DNA of 64,000 nucleotides from Mantamonas sphyraenae STR306 (taxonomy: Eukaryota > Protista > CRuMs): NCBI GenBank assembly GCA_026936335.1, contig JAPMXV010000035.1, positions 310,001-374,000 of the forward strand, in the 5' to 3' direction. The position numbers were made by a program, and so were the translations under genes. A model generated the notes under the pieces. That model saw nothing but the letters and a program-made list of their open reading frames with translations, made no database searches and was not told where the DNA came from. Below are positions 51,421-61,071 of the stretch, one piece after another (within the stretch, counting starts at the first letter, position 1; each line of letters starts with the position of its first letter).

Positions 51421-54400
51421 CATCCAGGCATCCACAGTGTGGGTAAAGGGCAGGAGGATGGTGTGTGGGCGGTTGGTATGGTGCCAGGCCACCCATGGAG
51501 CCGAGGCCGGGGCAGGCGACAAAACGGCGAAAACCAGGAACGCAGGGTTCATAAAGGTTTCAGCGCTAAAGAACTCGACGAATTGGAGGCAAAGACGTGC
51601 GGCCACCGCAGCCAGCAACGGCGTGCCCAGCACGCACCCAGGCATGCACAGTGTGGGTAAAGGGCAGGAGGATGGTGTGTGGGTGGTTGGTATGGTGCCA
51701 GACCACCTGTGGGGCCGAGGCCGGGGCAGGCGACAAAACGGCGAAAACCAGGAACGCAGGGTTCAACCAGGTTTTAGACCTGGAAAAATGGACGAATTGG
51801 AGCCAAGAACGTTTTTCACTTGGGCGGCCACTCCAGCCAGCAACGGCGTATCCAGCACGCACCCAGGCATGCACAGTGTGGGTAAAGGGCAGGAGGATGG
51901 TGTGTGGGTGGTTGGTATGGTGCCAGACCACCTGTGGGGCCGAGGCCGGGGCAGGCGACAAAACGGCGAAAACCAGGAACGCAGGGTTCAACCATCTTAG
52001 ACCTGGAAACAAGGGACGAATTGGAGCGAAGAACGTTTTTCACTTGCGTGCGGCCGCTCCAGCCAGCAACGGCGTATCCAGCACGCACCCAGGCATGCAC
52101 AGTGTGGGTAAAGGGCAAGAGGATGGTGTGTGGGTGGTTGGTATGGTGCCAGGCCACCCATGGAGCCGAGGCCGGGGCAGGCGACAAAACGGCGAAAGCC
52201 AGGAACGCAGGGTTCAACCAGGTTTTAGACCTGGAGAAATGGACGAATTGGAGCCAAGAACGATTTTCACTTGGGCGGCCGCTCCAGCCAGCAACGGCGC
52301 ACGCAACACGCACCCAGGCATGCACAGTGTGGGTAAAGGGCAGGAGGATGGTGTGTGGGTGGTTGGGTATGGTGCCAGGCCACCCATGGAGCCGAGGCCG
52401 GGGCAGGCGACAAAACGGCGAAAGCCAGGAACGCAGGGTTCAACCAGGTTTTAGACCTGGAGAAATGGACGAATTGGAGCCAAGAACGATTTTCACTTGG
52501 GCGGCCGCTCCAGCCAGCAACGGCGTACCCAGCACGCACCCAGGCATGCACAGTGTGGGTAAAGGGCAGGAGGATGGTGTGTGGGCGGTTGGTATGGTGC
52601 CAGGCCACCTGTGGAGCCGAGGCAGGGGCAGGCGACAAAACGGCGAAAACGGTTCATCGAGCTTGACGATCTTGGCCAAACAAGGGTGGGTCGGCGAATT
52701 GGAGCCAAATGCGTGCGGCCGCTCCAGCCAGCAACGGCGCACGCAACACGCACCCAGGCATGCACAGTGTGGGTAAAGGGCAGGAGGATGGTGTGTGGGT
52801 GGTTGGGTATGGTGCCAGGCCACCCATGGAGCCGAGGCCGGGGCAGGCGACAAAACGGCGAAAGCCAGGAACGCAGGGTTCAACCAGGTTTTAGTCCTGG
52901 AGAAATGGACGAATTGGAGCCGGAGACGTTTTTCACTTGGGCGGCCGCTCCAGCCAGCAACGGCGTACCCAGCACGCACCCAGGCATGCACAGTGTGGGT
53001 AAAGGGCAGGAGGATGGTGTGTGGGCGGTTGGTATGGTGCCAGGCCACCTGTGGAGCCGAGGCAGGGGCAGGCGACAAAACGGCGAAAACGGTTCATCGA
53101 GCTTGACGATCTTGGCCAAACAAGGGTGGGTCGGCGAATTGGAGCCAAATGCGTGCGGCCGCTCCAGCCAGCAACGGCGAGCCCAGCACGCACCCAGGCA
53201 TGCACAGTGTGGGTAAAGGGCAAGAGGATGGTGTGTGGGCGGTTGGTATGGTGCTAGGCGACCTGTGGAGCCGAGGCCGGGGCAGGCGACAAAACGGCGA
53301 AAACCAGGAACGCAGGGTTCAAGTTGGTTTTAGTCCTGGAGAAATGGACGAATTGGAGCCAAATGCGTGCGGCCGCCGCAGCCAGCAACGGCGTATCCAG
53401 CACGCACCCAGGCATGCACAGTGTGGGTAAAGGGCAGGAGGATGGTGTGTGGGCGGTTGGTATGGTGCCAGGCGACCTGTGGAGCCGAGGCCGGGGCAGG
53501 CGACAAAACGGCGAAAACGGTTCATCGAGCTTGACGATCTTGGCCAAAACAAGGGTGGGTCGGCGAATTGGAGCCAAATGCGTGCGGCCGCCGCAGCCAG
53601 CAACGGCGAACCCAGCACGCACCCAGGCATGCACAGCGTGGGTAAAGGGCAAGAGGATGGTGTGTGGGCGGTTGGTATGGTGCTAGGCGACCTGTGGAGC
53701 CGAGGCCGGGGCAGGCGACAAAACGGCGAAAACGGTTCATCGAGCTTGACGATCTTGGCCAAAACAAGGGTGGGTCGGCGAATTGGAGCCAAATGCGTGC
53801 GGCCGCCGCAGCCAGCAACGGCGAACCCAGCACGCACCCAGGCATGCACAGTGTGGGTAAAGGGCAAGAGGATGGTGTGTGGGTGGTTGGTATGGTGCTA
53901 GGCGACCTGTGGAGCCGAGGCCGGGGCAGGCGACAAAACGGCGAAAACGGTTCATCGAGCTTGACGATCTTGGCCAAACAAGGGTGGGTCGGCGAATTGG
54001 AGCCAAATGCGTGCGGCCGCCGCAGCCAGCAACGGCGTACCCAGCACGCACCCAGGCATGCACAGCGTGGGTAAAGGGCAAGAGGATGGTGTGTGGGCGG
54101 TTGGTATGGTGCTAGGCGACCTGTGGAGCCGAGGCCGGGGCAGGCGACAAAACGGCGAAAACCAGGAACGCAGGGTTCAAGTTGGTTTTAGTCCTGGAGA
54201 AATGGACGAATTGGAGCCAAATGCGTGCGGCCGCCGCAGCCAGCAACGGCGTATCCAGCACGCACCAGGCATGCACAGCGTGGGTAAAGGGCAAGAGGAT
54301 GGTGTGTGGGCGGTTGGTATGGTGCCAGGCGACCTGTGGAGCCGAGGCCGGGGCAGGCGACAAAACGGCGAAAACGGTTCATCGAGCTTGACGATCTTGG

Positions 54401-57144
54401 CCAAAACAAGGGTGGGTCGGCGAATTGGAGCCAAATGCGTGCGGCCGCCGCAGCCAGCAACGGCGAACCCAGCACGCACCCAGGCATGCACAGTGTGGGT
54501 AAAGGGCAAGAGGATGGTGTGTGGGCGGTTGGTATGGTGCTAGGCGACCTATGGAGCCGAGGCCGGGGCAGGCGACAAAACGGCGAAAACCAGGAACGCA
54601 GGGTTGAAAAGGGTTTTAATCCTGGAGAAATGGACGAATTGGAGCCGGAGACGTTTTTCACTTGGGCGGCCGCTCCAGCCAGCAACGGCGAACCCAGCAC
54701 GCACCCAGGCATGCACAGTGTGGGTAAAGGGCAGGAGGATGGTGTGTGGGCGGTTGGTATGGTGCCAGGCGACCTATGGAGCCGAGGCCGGGGCAGGCGA
54801 CAAAACGGCGAAAACCAGGAACGCAGGGTTCAACCAGGTTTTAGACCTGGAAAAATGGACGAATTGGAGCCGGAGACGTTTTTCACTTGGGCGGCCGCCG
54901 CAGCCAGCAACGGCGCACGCAACACGCACCCAGGCATGCACAGTGTGGGTAAAGGGCAAGAGGATGGTGTGTGGGTGGTTGGTATGGTGCCAGGCGACCC
55001 GTGGGGCCGAGGCCGGGGCAGGCGACAAAACGGCGAAAACCAGGAACGCAGGGTTCAAATTAGGTTTTACTCCTGGAGAAATGGACGAATTGGAGCCGGA
55101 GACGTTTTTCACTTGGGCGGCCGCCGCAGCCAGCAACAGCGTACCCAGCACGCACCCAGGCATGCACAGTGTGGGTAAAGGGCAAGAGGATGGTGTGTGG
55201 GCGGTTGGTATGGTGCCAGGCGACCCGTGGGGCCGAGGCCGGGGCAGGCGACAAAACGGCGAAAACGGTTCATCGAGCTTGACGATCTTGGCCAAACAAG
55301 GGTGGGTCGGCGAATTGGAGCCAAATGCGTGCGGCCGCCGCAGCCAGCAACGGCGTACCCAGCACGCACCCAGGCATGCACAGTGTGGGTAAAGGGCAAG
55401 AGGATGGTGTGTGGGCGGTTGGTATGGTGCCAGGCCACCTGTGGGGCCGAGGCCGGGGCAGGCGACAAAACGGCGAAAACCAGGAACGCAGGGTTCAAAT
55501 TAGGTTTTACTCCTGGAGAAATGGACGAATTGGAGCCGGAGACGTTTTTCACTTGGGCGGCCGCCGCAGCCAGCAACGGCGCACGCAACACGCACCCAGG
55601 CATGCACAGTGTGGGTAAAGGGCAAGAGGATGGTGTGTGGGTGGTTGGTATGGTGCCAGGCGACCTGTGGGGCCGAGGCCGGGGCAGGCGACAAAACGGC
55701 GAAAACCAGGAACGCAGGGTTCAAATGGGCTTCAGTGCTAGAGAACTGGACGAATTGGAGCCAGATACGTTTTTCACTTGGGCGGCCGCCGCAGCCAGCA
55801 ACGGCGTATCCAGCACGCACCCAGGCATGCACAGCGTGGGTAAAGGGCAGGAGGATGGTGTGTGGGCGGTTGGTATGGTGCCAGGCGACCTGTGGGGCCG
55901 AGGCCGGGGCAGGCGACAAAACGGCGAAAACGGTTCATCGAGCTTGACGATCTTGGCCAAACAAGGGTGGGTCGGCGAATTGGAGCCAAATGCGTGCGGC
56001 CGCCGCAGCCAGCAACGGCGTACCCAGCACGCACCCAGGCATGCACAGTGTGGGTAAAGGGCAAGAGGATGGTGTGTGGGCGGTTGGTATGGTGCCAGGC
56101 CACCTGTGGAGCCGAGGCCGGGGCAGGCGACAAAACGGCGAAAACCAGGAACGCAGGGTTCAAAAAGGATTTAGTGCCAAAGCACTGGACGAATTGGAGC
56201 TAAAGACGTTTTTCACTTGGGCTGCCGCTCCAGCCAGCAACGGCGTACCCAGCACGCACCCAGGCATGCACAGTGTGGGTAAAGGGCAAGAGGATGGTGT
56301 GTGGGCGGTTGGTATGTTGCCAGGCCACCCGTGGGGCCGAGGCCGGGGCAGGCGACAAAACGGCGAAAACCAGGAACGCAGGGTTCAAATTAGGTTTTAC
56401 TCCTGGAGAAATGGACGAATTGGAGCCGGAGACGTTTTTCACTTGGGCGGCCGCCGCAGCCAGCAACAGCGTACCCAGCACGCACCCAGGCATGCACAGT
56501 GTGGGTAAAGGGCAAGAGGATGGTGTGTGGGCGGTTGGTATGGTGCCAGGCGACCCGTGGGGCCGAGGCCGGGGCAGGCGACAAAACGGCGAAAACGGTT
56601 CATCGAGCTTGACGATCTTGGCCAAACAAGGGTGGGTCGGCGAATTGGAGCCAAATGCGTGCGGCCGCCGCAGCCAGCAACGGCGTACCCAGCACGCACC
56701 CAGGCATGCACAGTGTGGGTAAAGGGCAAGAGGATGGTGTGTGGGCGGTTGGTATGGTGCCAGGCCACCCGTGGGGCCGAGGCCGGGGCAGGCGACAAAA
56801 CGGCGAAAACCAGGAACGCAGGGTTCAAATTAGGTTTTAGTCCTGGAGAAATGGACGAATTGGAGCCGGAGACGTTTTTCACTTGGGCGGCCGCCGCAGC
56901 CAGCAACAGCGTACCCAGCACGCACCCAGGCATGCACAGTGTGGGTAAAGGGCAAGAGGATGGTGTGTGGGCGGTTGGTATGGTGCCAGGCGACCTGTGG
57001 AGCCGAGGCCGGGGCAGGCGACAAAACGGCGAAAACGGTTCATCGAGCTTGACGATCTTGGCCAAACAAGGGTGGGTCGGCGAATTGGAGCCAAATGCGT
57101 GCGGCCGCCGCAGCCAGCAACGGCGTACCCAGCACGCACCCAGG
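51421..57144. repeat. Tandem array of 26 units of ~213-226 bp, with two unit types
   Basis: Counted 26 CAGGCAT(G/C)CACAG anchors. A constant core alternates with cassette A (CAGGAACGCAGGGTT..., 16 units) or B (GGTTCATCGAGCTTGACGATC..., 10 units). Confidence 0.97.
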
Positions 57145-57323
57145 ACCCAGAACATGATCAAAAACCTGTACTGCAATGTATGATCCTCATCCTACATCCA
57201 TTGTGCCGGCATACGTTGCTTCAACGAGCTGCGCACAAAAGTCGCGACAATCATTCGGTCGCAGCTTAGTTTGCTCGCATGCCAAGACCAAGACCATTAT
57301 CGCACTGTTTTCCCTTCAGGGCC

Positions 57324-57397
57324 ACCTGCGTAGCTCAGTTGGTTAGAGCATTCGACTTTTAATCGAAGGGTCGGGGGTTCGAGCCCCCCCGTGGGGG
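57324..57397 (+). tRNA. tRNA-Lys(TTT)
   Basis: TAGCTCAGTTGGTTAGAGC D arm, TTCGA-CTTTTAA-TCGAA anticodon arm, GGGGG-TTCGAGC-CCCCC T arm, downstream T8. Acceptor stem is imperfect (A1-G72 as written). Confidence 0.88.
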
Positions 57398-57813
57398 TGC
57401 TTTTTTTTCCTTCGTCCATTCAGGCGTGTCTGCCCATTTCTCCTCCGTTCTTTGCAACAGCCTCGGTCAACTCGTCGAACACGCAGATTCCACTTGAGGG
57501 GCTTCCAGGGGGTCTGCAGCGCCCGGAGCGGCAAAGCAGACCCACCCAACCCCACCCAAAATCCGAGCTGCCGACTCACAGGAAGCAATCATCTTGTGTT
57601 GCTCTTCCAGTCACGGTTTCAACTCGTCACACACTCAGACACCGCTCGTGGGGCGTCCAGGGGGTCGTTTGCGCCTGGAGCGGCAAAAGTGCAATACACA
57701 CACCCGTCATCGCACACACGTCCAATCACACCCAAAACGAGGTTCACAACGAACCAATCACCTTGTATTACTCATCCGCCTGCCCATCCTGCCTCTCCAT
57801 TGTCATCCTCCCG

Positions 57814-58842
57814 TCAGACCGCCTCGTAGAGAAACACGTTCACAAGCTCCCGTTGAATCCGGATAAGGACCTCCTGCGGCTGCTCCCACCACAGACAATC
57901 CTCATCCTCGAGGTGTTCCTCCCCCTCGCCCACTATCACATGCTGCACGTGCTCGCCCCAGTTCATCAGAAGCAGCGTCTCCACCGCCTCGTCCACTTCG
58001 GCGGGAAACACACAGTGCACCTCCTCGTCCCACTGTGGCTGCTCTGCATCCAGCTCGCACACAAGTTCCAGTCGTACGCGCGGACTTGGCGCAAGAAGAA
58101 CTGCACAGCGCCCGTGGTAGTCCAGAGCTCCTAGATTCCACCCGTTTGCTGCCAGAAACCGCACCACAGCCACTTGCCCGTTCTGTGCTGCCAGGTGCAG
58201 CCACGTCATGCCGTTTCCGTCACGCGACTCTTTGTAGTACTGCGACCCGATCTCCTGCGACACGTACCACTGTAGTTTGTCCATCAGCGGCTGCGATACC
58301 TCTAGTCGGTGTGCGATGATCGTGATGATCATCTCAAACGCCCGCCGACGCGAAAGCAACCGCAGCTCCTGCACGCTGAACGTCTCGCCCGTGTTGGCCA
58401 CCTCAAAAAGCAGTCGCAGCCCTCGCGACTCGGCCTCTTTCCGATGCCGAACCAGGAACAGGCCCAGTGCCAGTTTCGCCACAAGATCCTCCTCATGCCC
58501 TGCCATCCACTCCTCTAACCGCGTCTCTACGTCCACCCCATCCTCAAGTGACCCTTGCTCGTAAAGCGTCGGCAGCGCGTACGGCACTTCCGCCGCGCTG
58601 CTCGCAAGGTGTTTGATACCTCGTGCCACGTTCTTCCGCAACCCACCATGCCCGCGCATGTAAAGCATCCCTCGTACGTACTCGTCCTCTGCTGAGGTCC
58701 CCTCCCACGCCCGCTTCTTCGCTGCAAAGATGTCCTGCTCGATGCCCAGCCCATGCAGCAGCGCCAATGCACTGTTTTCCTCCGCAGCCACCTTGTGACC
58801 ATCCTGGCGCATGCTGCTCGCTCCTGCTTCGTCGTCAGACAT
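57814..58842 (-). CDS. Sel1-like + ankyrin repeat protein with C-terminal F-box-like module
   Basis: Y..GMLYMRG.GG..KN..RG (Sel1-like); DGNGMTWLHLAAQNGQVAVVRFL (ankyrin). Tail WDEEVHCVFP..AVETLLL..QPQEVLIRI. Confidence 0.78.
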   Translation of the reverse strand: MSDDEAGASSMRQDGHKVAAEENSALALLHGLGIEQDIFAAKKRAWEGTSAEDEYVRGMLYMRGHGGLRKNVARGIKHLASSAAEVPYALPTLYEQGSLEDGVDVETRLEEWMAGHEEDLVAKLALGLFLVRHRKEAESRGLRLLFEVANTGETFSVQELRLLSRRRAFEMIITIIAHRLEVSQPLMDKLQWYVSQEIGSQYYKESRDGNGMTWLHLAAQNGQVAVVRFLAANGWNLGALDYHGRCAVLLAPSPRVRLELVCELDAEQPQWDEEVHCVFPAEVDEAVETLLLMNWGEHVQHVIVGEGEEHLEDEDCLWWEQPQEVLIRIQRELVNVFLYEAV

Positions 58843-58994
58843 CAGAATCAATCGGTACACGCAGCTACGCTTGGCTGGCCCGGCGCCGCCAATCTCTGCT
58901 CCTCTCCATCCAACTCAACTCCCGGAACACGCACTTGGTAAGCCAGCCAACCGCTGTGAGCATAGACCTTTGACCCCCTGCCCAATCCAGAGAA

Positions 58995-61019
58995 ATGCAG
59001 AACGACAAGAAGCTGACAAGGGTCCATCCCAGAATGCCCTCCGTTGAATCCGTTTGCCACACGCTCCTCAACGGCGACAACAGTGTCGACGACATCAACC
59101 AGGCGCTTGTAGACACAGGCGAGGTGCGTGGGCATGCATGGTGAAGGAGCTTTGTCCAGTATGGCGTAGGCTGACACGGAATGAGGCGTCTTCAGCATGT
59201 TGACCTCGAGGGCGAGCCCCTGGGCGACACAGCCGTCGCGTTGCTGGCGCAGGCCCTAGCCACGAATGCCAACCTGCTGTACCTGGTGCTAGAGTCGACA
59301 CAAACCGGCCAACATGGCGCTGCCGCCCTCGGCAACGCTCTTCAATCCAACAACACGCTCAAGCTCCTCAATCTCAACGCCAACGACCTCCGTGCCGACG
59401 GAGCGGCGGCCGTCTCTGCAGGTCTGGCCTTCAACCGTGCCTTGCAGACTCTCTCTCTTGTCAGCACTGGTCTCGGCGACGGCGGTGCTGCCGCGCTCGC
59501 GGACGCCTTGGCTCAAAACATGGCGCTCCAAACACTCGAAATCAACATGAATGGAATCCAAGACGACGGCGCAGTGGCGTTGGGGCAACTGCTTGCTTCC
59601 AATCGTGCCCTACTCTGCATGCAGGCTTGGAGCAACGAAATCGGTGCCACCGGGGCCCAGGGACTCGCACAAGGCCTTGCTCAAAACCACACACTTCAGG
59701 AGCTCATCCTCGACAGCAATCGCATCGAGGACGAGGGAGCGGCTGCGCTGGGTGACGCCCTGCAGGAAAATACCGCTTTACGCCTCCTGCAGCTACGCCG
59801 CTGTTCCATCAGCGACAAAGGCGCCGCTGGCCTAGGCAAAGGCCTGGAACTCAACGCAACATTGCTTTCTTTGGATCTCAGCCAGAACAACATTTCGGAC
59901 GAGGGATGCGCAGGCCTCGGGCGGGGACTGGCCTCGAATTCGGCGTTGAAAACTCTTCATCTCTCCCGCAACACAATCGGCCCGGACGGCGTCAACGAAT
60001 TCGCCGCTGCCCTGGCATCAAACATCGCGCTTCAAGTATTGTCTCTGGACGGCAACAAGCTGGGAGAGACAGGTGGCGTTGCTCTGGGAGACTCACTCGC
60101 ACGCAACCAGCACCTGTGGCATCTCCGTCTCGATGCAAATGGCATCGCAGGCGCCGCAGCCGACGCTCTGGGCACCGCTCTAGCAGCAAACACAACTCTG
60201 CAAGTACTTAACCTCAACCAGAACCCACTGGGTGACGACGGCGCCGTTGCCATTGCGTGTGGCCTCAAAGAAAACGCCGCTCTCCAGGCGCTGCATGTCG
60301 GCCTTGCCCAGATCGAAGACAAAGGAGCAAGTACACTGGGGCAAGCCTTGCAAGCAAACGCTTCCCTGCAGGTGCTTTCCCTCATGGGCAATGCCGTTTC
60401 AGCTGGCTGTGCCCACGCATTTGCATCCGCACTCGAGAGCAGCCGTTGCCTTCAGGTGTTGGACCTGGCCAGAAGCAACGTCGACGAACAAGGCATAGAC
60501 TTGTTTGCATCCGCCATGGAGAAAAACAGGACCTGCTGGCGTTTAAATGGCCTACGTGACGCGGCTCTGCAAGAACGTGTGGAAGACAATCGGCAGCAGG
60601 CGTTGGCAATGACCATTGCGGCAGAAGTCGGCAACGTGCAAGAGATGGAGCGCGCACGTGACTGGGGCGTATCCGTGGATGCGTTTCCGAGGCGAATGTC
60701 CGTCCTCGAGGCTGCCATCAAGGCTCAACAGATGGACGCCGTGAACCTGCTGCGTTCTTGGGGCGCAAGAGTTCGCAAAGAGACGGTCGATGAGGCCAGA
60801 GCATACGGGTGGAACAAGCAAGTGCATTGGGTGGGGTGGGGTGGACAGGTCGATGAAGCGATGGAAACCGCGTTGGTGATGAACGGGGAGGAGAGCTTGG
60901 TGATGTTTGAGTGTGGTGGGATGGAGGAGTATGTGGAGGAGAGGGGGTGGGAAGGGTGGGTGACACTGCCGGATGAGGTGATGGAGAGGGTGATTGGGTG
61001 GATGGGGAGGGCTGGGTGA
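58995..61019 (+). CDS. Ribonuclease-inhibitor-type LRR protein + ankyrin-like repeat + C-terminal F-box-like module
   Basis: About 16 28-residue repeats (N..L..L.L..N.I...GA.AL..AL). Upstream exon 58995-59123 splices in phase 0 to 59196. Tail WNKQVH..AMETAL..LPDEVMERVI. Confidence 0.85.
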
Positions 61020-61071
61020 GTGGAGAGGGAGGGCTGGGTGAGTGGAGAGGGTGTGAGAATGAAACGGTGGT

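Noticed and set aside
51421-57144. CRISPR-like constant/variable array
   Set aside because: The constant part is far longer than a CRISPR repeat, the variable parts recur as two related families rather than unique spacers, there are no cas genes, and the context is eukaryotic.
51352-57269. Many ORFs listed inside the array
   Set aside because: They are products of a stop-poor GC-rich repeat, and unit indels switch frames repeatedly. Not called as genes.
58995-61019. NLR immune receptor
   Set aside because: The LRRs are NLRC3-like, but there is no NACHT/NB-ARC P-loop domain.
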